From Promethearchaeota archaeon (lineage in GTDB: Archaea > Asgardarchaeota > Lokiarchaeia > Sigyniarchaeales > SOKP01): a stretch of 61,210 nt of DNA. Both the position numbers and the translations under genes were made by a program. The DNA lies in the NCBI GenBank assembly GCA_048938855.1, contig JBHLLT010000017.1, forward strand, positions 1 through 61,210. Direction: 5' to 3'. Of this stretch, positions 17,608 to 27,707 are shown piece by piece; within the stretch, counting starts at the first letter, position 1; the number at the start of each line of letters is the position of its first letter. The notes below the pieces were generated by a model. The model searched no databases. It was not told the origin of the DNA and saw only the letters and a program-made list of their open reading frames with translations.

Positions 17608-19068
17608 TTATAAGTCTTTTGTGATTCTTTTTTTCTCGTATAAATCCAATAGTGGTGGCATAAAGATCCTATTCAATTTCTTATATACCTTGACATTTTC
17701 TTTTATCGGTTCTTTGACATCAGTAAATCTTACCATATCATCAATAGCTTTCTTGATACTTTCATATTTATTAATACCATAAAATCCTAAAATTGCAGCA
17801 CCCAAAGCCGCTCCATCTTTTATTTCAGGTATTAGAATTTTTCTTGCCGTAACATCTGCTACAATTTGTGCCCATAAATTACTATTCATCGCTCCTCCAT
17901 CTACTCTTACTTCCGAAACTTTAGAACCCCCCATTGCCTCTAACATTTGAAGATACATCTGAGCACTTAGAGCAGCAGATTCCATTATTGCCCTTATCAT
18001 ATGTGCTCTTGTATGATTCCATCCAAGTCCATGAATTGCACCCTTTCTAAACATGTATAAGGGTAGAAAAAGTAAACCTTCACTTCCTGGTTTTATAGTT
18101 GCCGCTTCATCTGCTAACATATCATATACATTTACATTTTTTTCAAGACTTTCTTTAATTTGTAATTGGGAAAAATTGTCTTTAAACCACTTCATTGCAG
18201 TACCAGTTCCAGGCATTGCGGCCTCAAGATTCCATTTTCCTTTTATGGGGGATGGTATAGAAAATATGGGAATTTCTCCTGAAGGTACAATTGGTTTATC
18301 CACCACATAATCAATGAAAGTTCCAGTTCCTATAGTTACTTTTGCATCACCGTTATTAATAACACCTAACCCTAAGGCAGCACATTGTTGATCTCCACAC
18401 CCCATTATTATTGGAATATTACTTCTTAACCCTAATTCTTTTGCAGAATTATTATTGAGCTCACCAATAACTTCTCCAGGATAACGTAACTCCGGCCATA
18501 ACTCTAAAGGAATTTCATAAGCTTCAGCTAATTTTTCATCCCATTTTAGAGTTTGTAAATTAAGTATTCCCCAATATCCATTAGTAGGATCAGTTACAAG
18601 CTTTTCACATAATCTATTCATAAGGTATGTATCAACAAAAGCAATTTTTGATACTTTTTCGAAGACTTCGGATTTATTTTTTTTTAACCATAAAAGTTTT
18701 GGCATTACTCTTCTAAATGCTCCTTCTTCATCAACCCAATCTTTGGCACTTGATTCTTCTCTCTCATCCATCCAAGTTAATGCAGGATGCAAAGGATTTC
18801 CTTTATCATCTAGAATTGTCACTGTTTGACGAAGAAAAGCTGCACAAATACCAACAATTTCATTAACGTTAACTTTTTGAGAAACCTTATTACAAGTATT
18901 TTTAATTGCATTCCACCAAATAGAAGGGTCTTGTTCTGAAATGCCAACAGGTTGCTTCACAACTGGATATTCCTCATATGCACGAATTATTTCTTTACCA
19001 GTAATATCAAAAATAATTGTTCTTGCACCAGTAGTCCCAACATCAAAAACACATATCAAATCACTCAT
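17608..19068 (-). CDS. FGGY family carbohydrate/polyol kinase
   Basis: DVGTTGAR, EQDP..WW, GDQQCAALG, GTGTF, DGGAMNS.LW.QI.ADV, ALGAA. Confidence 0.93.
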   Translation of the reverse strand: MSDLICVFDVGTTGARTIIFDITGKEIIRAYEEYPVVKQPVGISEQDPSIWWNAIKNTCNKVSQKVNVNEIVGICAAFLRQTVTILDDKGNPLHPALTWMDEREESSAKDWVDEEGAFRRVMPKLLWLKKNKSEVFEKVSKIAFVDTYLMNRLCEKLVTDPTNGYWGILNLQTLKWDEKLAEAYEIPLELWPELRYPGEVIGELNNNSAKELGLRSNIPIIMGCGDQQCAALGLGVINNGDAKVTIGTGTFIDYVVDKPIVPSGEIPIFSIPSPIKGKWNLEAAMPGTGTAMKWFKDNFSQLQIKESLEKNVNVYDMLADEAATIKPGSEGLLFLPLYMFRKGAIHGLGWNHTRAHMIRAIMESAALSAQMYLQMLEAMGGSKVSEVRVDGGAMNSNLWAQIVADVTARKILIPEIKDGAALGAAILGFYGINKYESIKKAIDDMVRFTDVKEPIKENVKVYKKLNRIFMPPLLDLYEKKRITKDL

Positions 19069-19105
19069 ACTATCACTCTATAGATTTTTAATTACTTGTT
19101 TTATT

Positions 19106-20380
19106 TTATAATAGGTTTATTAATAATTCAGATATATCCAATATATTATATTTTTCTTTTTCTTTATTATCAATTCCATAAGCCAAACCTAATTCACAGA
19201 GAGGACATGCTGATATGAAGGCTTTTACCCCTGTTTCTTTTAATTCTTCAATTCTGTTTCTTGCTTCTTTTATTGCTAAGTCTTTGTCTGCCCAATGAGC
19301 AGTACCACTCCACCCACAACAATGGACGTATTCTTTATTATAAGTTGGTTCAACTACTTCAATTCTAGGAATATTCTTCAATATATATCTTATTGATTCA
19401 GTATCTTTTAGATTTCTTGCAATAAGACAAGGATCGTGAATAGTAACCTTATTAAACTTTTCTGGAACATCATTCTTAATATTCAATTTTCCATTATCTA
19501 TTAATAATTTAAAATATTGAACTGTATGTAGGATCTGTTTTTCAATTTTTAATCCAACAGCTTCATACCGTTTAGTAAGCGTTAATACACAGCCAGGACA
19601 GTCTGAAATAATAATTTTAGCTCGTGTCAGATCAATAAGTTCTTGGTTCATAACTGCAAATTTCTTAGCAGTTTCTAAATCTCGAATATTAAATGCTGGG
19701 CCCCCACAGCATACCTTTTTTTCCAGATTAGTTGAATATTTAATTCCAGCTTTTTTTAGAATTTCCAAGTTAGCTTTAATAACTTCTGGAAATTTCATTG
19801 ATTCACATCCTATATAATAGAAGACCTCGTCCTTACCATCCGTTTCTATATTTTCTATCCCTTTTTCTTTATAAGTTTCATAGATATTGTATTCTTCTAT
19901 AGTATTGGTTTTGTTTAACTTATCTATCTGCTGTTTGCAATAATCTGGCATCAGACCCTTAATATTTAAATCATCTCTTACTGTTTCTAAGAGAGATACA
20001 ACAGAAAATTCAAAAGGACACCATACTTTACAATTTTCCTCATTTGTACATTTATACATAAGATCAATAAATGCTTTATTCTCTTCTTTGGATGGATCTA
20101 TTTTTCCCATAGTTAAATAATATCCAATACGTGCTTTATATGCAGGACTTAAAGTTTCAGTAGAGGATGCTTGTAAAGTTCCGCAATCAAACCTACACAT
20201 ATTAGGACATAACATACATTTGATTAAATTATCTACATCAGCTTGCACCTTTTCTTCTGGAAAGAAATTCGCCTTCTTTTGACGGAAGTTTTTCATTATC
20301 ATGGATCTAGTTACTCTATCAGCTTTTTGAATAAGTGGCATTATCCAACTATACTTTTTTAAAGTTTCTTCGACACCCAT
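19106..20380 (-). CDS. Fe-S oxidoreductase with CCG domains (GlpC/GlcF/HdrD-like)
   Basis: CMLCPNMCRFDC, CTNEENCKVWCP, CCGG, DCPGC, HDPC, CCGW, ACPLC. Confidence 0.88.
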   Translation of the reverse strand: MGVEETLKKYSWIMPLIQKADRVTRSMIMKNFRQKKANFFPEEKVQADVDNLIKCMLCPNMCRFDCGTLQASSTETLSPAYKARIGYYLTMGKIDPSKEENKAFIDLMYKCTNEENCKVWCPFEFSVVSLLETVRDDLNIKGLMPDYCKQQIDKLNKTNTIEEYNIYETYKEKGIENIETDGKDEVFYYIGCESMKFPEVIKANLEILKKAGIKYSTNLEKKVCCGGPAFNIRDLETAKKFAVMNQELIDLTRAKIIISDCPGCVLTLTKRYEAVGLKIEKQILHTVQYFKLLIDNGKLNIKNDVPEKFNKVTIHDPCLIARNLKDTESIRYILKNIPRIEVVEPTYNKEYVHCCGWSGTAHWADKDLAIKEARNRIEELKETGVKAFISACPLCELGLAYGIDNKEKEKYNILDISELLINLL

Positions 20381-21859
20381 TTATTCGACACCGCCTTTCC
20401 AAGTATTTTCATAAATTTTACCGGGATTTAATATATTTTTTGGGTCAAGTACTTTTTTAATATCCCTTAATTTCTCCAAAGATGCGCCCCATTCACTTTC
20501 CATCCAATGTGATCGATTTATTCCTATTCCATGATGATGTGCAATTGATCCCCCTGAATCTAGTACAGCTTTTATTATTGTGTTCCAGCATTCTTGATAA
20601 TATTCTAAATCTGTTTGTTCTTTTGAGGGGACACCACCAAAAGAAAAATAAATACCTACACCATTTGGATAAAAATGTGAGACATGAGCAGTGATCATTA
20701 TGACACCATGTAAATTTTTCATTGATTCTAAGACAGAATGATAAATATTGGATGCATTTTTCCATAACGAAGCAACTTCAATAGTGTCGAATACAATCTT
20801 ATATGGTGGCATTGCTGAAGTTTCAGTAACTCTAAATCTGGTCTCAAACCAATGTTCTACTGGATGAGTTCCACAATCTATTCCCGCGTTAATCTTAGAT
20901 TTTTCTCTTGTTATCAATTCTTCTAAATCAACAAGATCCTCATTCCCTTCACAGACAAATATAGTCATTACTTTTTCTTTAGCATTTTCAATATCTGGAA
21001 AATGCCTTGAAGTTTCAAATTGATCATATATTCTAATTACAGCAGGATAAATCTGTTCTCTTAGAATTTGTCTCACAGCATTAAAAGAATCTTCAATCGA
21101 AGGAAAAACATAAGAAATTAAAGCTCTCTTTGCAGGAAAAGGCCAAATCTTCAACGTAGCTTTAGTAACAATTCCAAGTGTACCTTCTCCACCAAAAAAA
21201 AGTTTTTCAAATTGAGGACCGGTTGAAGCTCTCGGAATAGTTTTAAAGCGCAAAATTTCACCTCGTGGTAATACGACCTCCATTCCCAATACAATATCTT
21301 CAATCTTACCATATTTAGTGCTAAACTGTCCAGCAGCACGATGTGCAATCCATCCTCCTAAAGAAGAAATATAGAGAGATTGTGGGATATGACCTGCAGT
21401 ATATCCCTGATTGTTTAAATAACGTTCCAAATTCATTCCATTAATCCCTGCTTGAGCAGTTACCGTCAAATTTATATCATTTATATCTATAATTTTGTTG
21501 AATTTTTTCATGTCAATCATAATTCCTCCCTTAACAGCAATTGCCCCACCAACAACTCCAGATCCTTCACCATAAGGTATAACAGGGATATCTTCTTGAT
21601 TAGCAAACTTTAAGACTTCACTTATATGTACTACTGTTTCCGGCCATATTATAAAATCAGGTAAGCCAGCCAGTTTTCCTTGAAGTGCCCAATTAAAGGA
21701 AATAAGAGATGAGTCCTTTGAATATGCTAAAAGATCTATAGCTTTAGTTGAAATATTTTGGTTTCCAACAATTTTTTCAAGTTTTGCTTTAATATTCTGC
21801 TTATCTTTAACTTCATGCCGATTTTCTTTATAAATTAAATCAAAATCTTCGAGATCCAT
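20381..21859 (-). CDS. FAD-linked oxidoreductase, alkyl-DHAP synthase (AGPS)/YgcU-like
   Basis: PYGEGSGVVGG, GHIPQSLYISSLGGWIAHRAAGQFSTKYGKIED, GGEGTLGIVT, HVSHFYPNGVGIYF, HHHGIG, DPKNILNPGK. Confidence 0.85.
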   Translation of the reverse strand: MDLEDFDLIYKENRHEVKDKQNIKAKLEKIVGNQNISTKAIDLLAYSKDSSLISFNWALQGKLAGLPDFIIWPETVVHISEVLKFANQEDIPVIPYGEGSGVVGGAIAVKGGIMIDMKKFNKIIDINDINLTVTAQAGINGMNLERYLNNQGYTAGHIPQSLYISSLGGWIAHRAAGQFSTKYGKIEDIVLGMEVVLPRGEILRFKTIPRASTGPQFEKLFFGGEGTLGIVTKATLKIWPFPAKRALISYVFPSIEDSFNAVRQILREQIYPAVIRIYDQFETSRHFPDIENAKEKVMTIFVCEGNEDLVDLEELITREKSKINAGIDCGTHPVEHWFETRFRVTETSAMPPYKIVFDTIEVASLWKNASNIYHSVLESMKNLHGVIMITAHVSHFYPNGVGIYFSFGGVPSKEQTDLEYYQECWNTIIKAVLDSGGSIAHHHGIGINRSHWMESEWGASLEKLRDIKKVLDPKNILNPGKIYENTWKGGVE

Positions 21860-22195
21860 TTAAATCAACATTTTGTAGTATTATCTTATTAAAATGATTA
21901 GGCTAAATTTATAATTTTTAGTTATAGAACTCTAAACATTTTGTCATTTGAGAAATAAATTGAAACTTTAACTAATAGTATTAAAATAATTACTAGTTTT
22001 TTCTTTTCTCTTAAAACTTTTAATTCAAGAACTTATTGAACATATTTTAATCGGTTCCATAGCTTTCCTTATATATTTTTCTTTTATTGTCGTGAATTTT
22101 ACAAATTAAATATAAAAAGTAGAAAACCTTCTAAATCTCATAGTAAGATACTGTTGTATATTTTAAAAACTTAAATTAAATTTAAGAAAGTTATA

Positions 22196-23617
22196 ATGGC
22201 AAATTCGATTTTTGGTACCTCTGGGATTCGACGAGTATTTTTGAATTATTCCGAATCGGATCTTATGTTCACACCTCAAATGTCATTGGAAGTAGGATTA
22301 TCACTGGGCACCTTTCTAAAAGCTGGAAGTACAGTTGTTATTGGTAAAGATATTAGGATGTCTGCTTTACCAATCGAATATGCATTAATATCAGGAATAG
22401 TTAGTTGTGGATGTAATGTAAAAACCTTAGGAATAGTCACCACACCTACATTGGCAGCATCACTGAGATTTTTAGAAGCAGATGCAGGAGTTATGATAAC
22501 AGCTTCCCACAATACTCCAGAATATATAGGATTAAAATTATGGAATCCTTCTGGAGTCGGTTATTCCCCTGAACAAGAAATAGAAATTTCAAGAATTTAT
22601 GATCAAAAAGATTTTTTAAAAATTGAATACGATCAAATCGGTAAAGTTACAGAAATTAATGATATAAATGATATTCATATCGCAAATATAACAGATCAAA
22701 TTAAATTTGATGGAAGTAACTTACATGCAATTGTTGATCCGGGAAATGGCTCTGGCTGCGATATAGTACCAAAACTTCTTTCTGCTTATGATGTTAATAT
22801 TATGACTATAAATAGTCAAATGGATGGAAGATTTCCGGGGAGACATTCAGAACCAAACAAAGAAAATTTAATCCAATTATCAAAATTTTTAAAGATATCT
22901 GATCGCGAAGATATTGGCATTGCATTGGATGGAGATGCTGATAGGGTTATATTTTTAGATGAAAACGGCGAAATTGTTGATCCCATTCGACTCTTAGCAT
23001 TATTAGCGAGATATTTCATTAAAGAAAAGCTTGTACCTAAAGAAAAACTAAAAATAGCTACACCTATTAATTCTTCTAGTTTGATTGAGGATGTCTTAAA
23101 TCCTCTTAGTTGTGAAGTTATTAGAACGGAAGTAGGTGACATTAAAGTTTCTCTTGCATTGCAAAAACACGGAGGATTTTTGGGAGGTGAGACTTCAGGG
23201 ACCTATATTTGGCCTAATTATCATTTTGGTCCAGATTCAATTGTCACGATTGCTATTATATTACAAATGATAACTAAAACTGGAATGAGCTTAAAGCAAT
23301 TATTAAAAGATATACCTGAGTATCCATATTATGCTGAAAAATTTAAATTAACCGAGGATGTTCCATTTTCAGAGGAAATACACCAAAAAATCACTGGTAA
23401 AATAATCGATTTACTTGAAAAATTAGGGAAGAAAAAAATTAATATTAATAAAATGGATGGATGTAGATTTGACTTTGAAGATGGATGGCTTTTAATAAGA
23501 AGATCTGGAACCAGTCCATATTTGAGAATTTCAGGCGAATCTACAATAGATATAAACCACTCAATAGAATTGAATAATCTTGCAATGAAAAATATGCAAA
23601 AATTAAATTTAATCTAA
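22196..23617 (+). CDS. glmM: Phosphoglucosamine mutase / phosphohexomutase
   Basis: FGTSGIR, ITASHN, DGDADR, GGETSG, RRSGTSP; adjacent to glmS. Confidence 0.85.
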   Translation: MANSIFGTSGIRRVFLNYSESDLMFTPQMSLEVGLSLGTFLKAGSTVVIGKDIRMSALPIEYALISGIVSCGCNVKTLGIVTTPTLAASLRFLEADAGVMITASHNTPEYIGLKLWNPSGVGYSPEQEIEISRIYDQKDFLKIEYDQIGKVTEINDINDIHIANITDQIKFDGSNLHAIVDPGNGSGCDIVPKLLSAYDVNIMTINSQMDGRFPGRHSEPNKENLIQLSKFLKISDREDIGIALDGDADRVIFLDENGEIVDPIRLLALLARYFIKEKLVPKEKLKIATPINSSSLIEDVLNPLSCEVIRTEVGDIKVSLALQKHGGFLGGETSGTYIWPNYHFGPDSIVTIAIILQMITKTGMSLKQLLKDIPEYPYYAEKFKLTEDVPFSEEIHQKITGKIIDLLEKLGKKKININKMDGCRFDFEDGWLLIRRSGTSPYLRISGESTIDINHSIELNNLAMKNMQKLNLI

Positions 23618-23629
23618 TTATGAAAAACT

Positions 23630-25483
23630 ATGTGTGGTATATTCGGGATAACTACAAACCAAAACATTTCTGTTGGTAAAATTGCTCTTGAAGCGATAAG
23701 ACGCTTAGAGTATAGGGGATATGATTCTTGTGGGATAGTAACTCAATATAAATCTCAACTACTTGTAAAGAAAGATGCTGGAAAAATTGATGAGATTCAT
23801 CAAAAATTAAAGTTAGATCAATTTCCAAATGGTTCAAGAGTTGCATTAGCTCATACGCGATGGGCAACTCATGGTCCTCCAACTAAGATAAATAGTCACC
23901 CACATTTAGATTGTAATAATAAAGTTGCAGTTATTCATAATGGAATTTTAGAGAATTTTTTTGAACTCAAAGAAGAGTTGATCTTGGAAGGGCATATGTT
24001 TAAATCAGAAACCGATACAGAAATCATCCCTCACTTAATTGAAGAAAACATGAAAAAAAACGGAGATTTAAAAGAAGCTGTAGTCAATGCTATTAAAAAG
24101 TGTAAGGGAGCATATGGATTAGCTATTTGCCATGCTGATTATCCTGATACGATTATTGCTGTTCGAAGAGAATCACCATTGATCATTGGAATAGAAGAAG
24201 GAAAATCAACCTTCTGTGCTTCAGATATACCAGCATTCCTCCCATACACAAGAAATTGTTATATTTTAGAAGATGATGAATTGGCTGTTTTAAAAGCTGG
24301 AACGGTAGAATTTTATAATCTCAACAATCCTCAGGATCCTATAGAGAAAAAAATTCAATTCATCGAATGGAATTTAGATGCTGCAGAAAAACAGGGATAT
24401 GATCACTTCATGTTAAAAGAGATTTATGAAGAACCAAGTGCTCTAAGAAGTACAATGAAAATACCTATAAATTCATTGAAAGAATTTGCTGAGACTCTAA
24501 TTAATGCTGAACACATATATATCACAGCAGCTGGAACTTCTTTTTTTGCTTCATTAGCAGGTAAATTTATTATCACAAAATTTCTTGACAAATATATTGA
24601 AGCTATTGAATGTTCTGAATTTAAAACTCAATTAAATAATTCACTTGAAGATAATTCTGTAATAATAGCAATATCACAATCAGGAGAAACTATAGATTTA
24701 ATTGAACCAGTTCGATGGGCTAAACAATATAAACCAAATGTAAAAATATTATCAGTTTCAAATGTTGTTGGTTCAACACTTACTAGACATTCTGATAAAG
24801 TAATAATTACTCAAGCAGGTCCTGAAATTGGAGTCGCTGCTACAAAAACTTATGTAACTCAGGTTCTTACACTTTCATTGATTGCTTTAGAAATCGCTAA
24901 ATTAAGAAAAAAACTTTCAGAAGAAGAAATCCAGAAATATTTTAAGGGTTTACAATCAACTCCTAATATCATAGAGGTTTTTCTTGAAAAAAATGTTGAA
25001 TTAATTAAATATATTGTAAAGAATTTAGAAAAAAATATCAATTTTTTCTTTTTAGCTCGAGGCGCTTCAATTGCTACAGCTAAGGAAGGTGGACTGAAAT
25101 TAAAAGAGGTTGCTTGTCGTTTTATTGAAGGATATTCTGCAGCAGATGCAAAACATGGACCAATTTCCTTAGTGAGAGATGGTTACCCTATTATTTTTAT
25201 TGCACCTCCTGATGAAACCTATGAACGATTAGTTGGAAATGTTATGGAATTTAAAGCTAGAGGAGGTAAAATTATTTCTTTAGTTGTAGAAAGTGATACG
25301 AAAATTACTAGTATGAGTGATATTACAATTCGAATACCTCAACCTAATGATGTATATCATACTGTTTTTAGTCCAATAACTTTCATCCCAGCTCTTCAAC
25401 TATTAGCTTATTATGCAGCCCTTGAACATAATTTAGATCCAGATAAGCCATTAAATCTAGCAAAAACGGTTACAGTCCATTAA
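23630..25483 (+). CDS. glmS: Glutamine--fructose-6-phosphate aminotransferase (isomerizing)
   Basis: MCGIFG, LEYRGYDS, HTRWATHG, ISQSGET, LKLKE, KHGP, DKPLNLAKTVTV. Confidence 0.98.
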   Translation: MCGIFGITTNQNISVGKIALEAIRRLEYRGYDSCGIVTQYKSQLLVKKDAGKIDEIHQKLKLDQFPNGSRVALAHTRWATHGPPTKINSHPHLDCNNKVAVIHNGILENFFELKEELILEGHMFKSETDTEIIPHLIEENMKKNGDLKEAVVNAIKKCKGAYGLAICHADYPDTIIAVRRESPLIIGIEEGKSTFCASDIPAFLPYTRNCYILEDDELAVLKAGTVEFYNLNNPQDPIEKKIQFIEWNLDAAEKQGYDHFMLKEIYEEPSALRSTMKIPINSLKEFAETLINAEHIYITAAGTSFFASLAGKFIITKFLDKYIEAIECSEFKTQLNNSLEDNSVIIAISQSGETIDLIEPVRWAKQYKPNVKILSVSNVVGSTLTRHSDKVIITQAGPEIGVAATKTYVTQVLTLSLIALEIAKLRKKLSEEEIQKYFKGLQSTPNIIEVFLEKNVELIKYIVKNLEKNINFFFLARGASIATAKEGGLKLKEVACRFIEGYSAADAKHGPISLVRDGYPIIFIAPPDETYERLVGNVMEFKARGGKIISLVVESDTKITSMSDITIRIPQPNDVYHTVFSPITFIPALQLLAYYAALEHNLDPDKPLNLAKTVTVH

Positions 25484-25518
25484 AATACAAATTCTTTTTA
25501 GTTTTTCATATTTTAATA

Positions 25519-27006
25519 TTATTCTCTGGAAATTTCAAAAATATGTCCTTTCCATGGATTTAATTCAATATATAATCCATATTTATAAAGATCTTCACCA
25601 TTATAAGTATAGGACTTATTATTAAGCAAATCATAAAATTTCCATTTATAAGTATCATAATGAAATGGATTAATAATTACATGAGCTTTCGAATAATTTG
25701 GACTATAATTAACAACAACAAGTCGATAATTACCATCTTTCCACCATAAATAAGAAATTATATTTGTAAATGAATCATCTTCATTATTAATTGGTTTTAT
25801 TTCGCAGAGTGACCAATTAGGGTCCAAAAATTCTTTACTTGGGATGGCTTTTAATAATCTTTGATAAAAATCTGACATTTGGCTATTTTTTTCTTCAAAA
25901 GGGCGCCTTCCTAATTGTACAGGTAATTTTATATAATATCCATCCATTTGTCCCTCATGTATTAATCGAGCGCCTGGTAATGAAGTAATTATAATTGCTG
26001 CTGCTTGTGATTTTTCAAATCCAAATTTTTTAATAGCTCTAATTTCATCATGATTTTCAATGAATCTGACAAGTTTACTTTGAAAATTCCATTCCGCTTT
26101 TAGATGATCCCTAATAGCTCTAACATTCTCAAAATTTAACCTTTCATATAGTCGTTTATCATAACAGAAATCAAATCCTTGCTGTTGGAGTTCCCATTCC
26201 ATACCCCAATATACCTCTGCTATGAATTTAAAATCTGGATATTTCGATTTTATTGTAGGAATAATTTCTTCCCAAAATTCTTTCTCTGGAATTGAACCTG
26301 CTTTATCACCCCATGTTTTAGTAAACACTTTATTAGTCATCAGCATAGCCATATCACATCGGACTCCGTCACATAGTTTTGCAATATCGAGTAAAGTGCT
26401 TTTGGCCTTATTTCTAGCTTCTTTAGAGAATGCATTTATTTGAATCGTATCTGTCCAGCTAGGGAAATTAGGATCACGTCCATTTGCGAATACATTTTTA
26501 CCAATACTAAAATACTCATAAGGATGAGACATTAAATCATCTATAGTTCCCTTTATAAATAGATCTGATTCAAAGGTCCATAACGAATCAATAGCTACAT
26601 GGTTAGGGACATAATCTAATATTAGTTTAATATTTTTTTCAATTAATTTTTCCCTAATTTCTTTTAACCCATCTATTCCCCCTATATTCTTATCTACATG
26701 ATAATAATATACTGCATAAGGGGAACCTATAACATCTTCATCTCTAAAATCGTGTAAAGCTTTACGATAATCTTTTAATAAATCTGATCGTTCAAGAGCT
26801 ATTTTTTTACTTGCAGGACTTCTTTCCCAAACACCCATCAACCATATTGCATCAAACAATTTAAAGTCTTTATTAATTATTTGTTCTGGAATATTGTATA
26901 GATTAATGGAGGTATTATAAATTTCAGATAAAGAATGAAGCCAAGGCACCGTATTTATTTCAAGAATTTTTGGATTTTTTATCCACTGGGATTTATTTAA
27001 TAACAT
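25519..27006 (-). CDS. GH13 alpha-amylase family glycosidase
   Basis: LDYVPNH, DGVRCDMAML, AEVYW, FIENHDE catalytic regions. Confidence 0.92.
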   Translation of the reverse strand: MLLNKSQWIKNPKILEINTVPWLHSLSEIYNTSINLYNIPEQIINKDFKLFDAIWLMGVWERSPASKKIALERSDLLKDYRKALHDFRDEDVIGSPYAVYYYHVDKNIGGIDGLKEIREKLIEKNIKLILDYVPNHVAIDSLWTFESDLFIKGTIDDLMSHPYEYFSIGKNVFANGRDPNFPSWTDTIQINAFSKEARNKAKSTLLDIAKLCDGVRCDMAMLMTNKVFTKTWGDKAGSIPEKEFWEEIIPTIKSKYPDFKFIAEVYWGMEWELQQQGFDFCYDKRLYERLNFENVRAIRDHLKAEWNFQSKLVRFIENHDEIRAIKKFGFEKSQAAAIIITSLPGARLIHEGQMDGYYIKLPVQLGRRPFEEKNSQMSDFYQRLLKAIPSKEFLDPNWSLCEIKPINNEDDSFTNIISYLWWKDGNYRLVVVNYSPNYSKAHVIINPFHYDTYKWKFYDLLNNKSYTYNGEDLYKYGLYIELNPWKGHIFEISRE

Positions 27007-27139
27007 AATTATTCAAACTTAATAATCTTAAATTAGAATTATTGAATTTCTACAATTTCGTTTACTATCTAAATGAATATATATAAATTTCTATATAATC
27101 ATATTATAATAGAAAAAATAATATATATTTTGGTTAAAA

Positions 27140-27703
27140 ATGAGTGAAGAAAAAGATGCCCTACGGAAGCTAATAATGCTTATATCCGATTTACGTGCAA
27201 AGGATGAAGAACGTTATGAAGCTCACGTCAATTTCATGAACGAAACCATTAAAATGATAAGCGCCATTGAATCTCAAATGAATAAACATTGGAATACAGT
27301 CTTAGAATCGTTAAAAGACTTAAATGATAATATAAGTGCCAATTTAGATTCACTACTTACAGGAATAAATCCCAGAGGATTAAGAGAAACATCAAAATCT
27401 TTAAAAGAAATCATGGATACAATGAATAAAAGTGTTCAATCAATGAATCTTGAAAAAGTTTTGAGTGAATTAAAAGTACTGAAAGCAGGGGCATATGTAC
27501 CATCAGCATCAGTAGCAGTAGGACAGCAACCAGAACAAATCTCCGCTAACATGAGTTTAAAACCACCTGGATTGAATGCTCCTGGAGTAAGAACCACACA
27601 AGCATCTAAAGGTGAACCCGAATGGGTAGATCCCCATGAAAAAGCGAAAAAGGAGAAAGAAGATCAACATTTATTAAAACCATCTGACTTTTTTGGTGCA
27701 TAA
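27140..27703 (+). CDS. Hypothetical coiled-coil protein with Pro-rich tail
   Basis: Heptad-rich first ~110 aa, low-complexity linker, C-terminal LLKPSDFFGA. Confidence 0.75.
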   Translation: MSEEKDALRKLIMLISDLRAKDEERYEAHVNFMNETIKMISAIESQMNKHWNTVLESLKDLNDNISANLDSLLTGINPRGLRETSKSLKEIMDTMNKSVQSMNLEKVLSELKVLKAGAYVPSASVAVGQQPEQISANMSLKPPGLNAPGVRTTQASKGEPEWVDPHEKAKKEKEDQHLLKPSDFFGA

Positions 27704-27707
27704 ATCT

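Noticed and set aside
23618-23629. glmS ribozyme
   Set aside because: Only 12 nt separate glmM and glmS, leaving no room.
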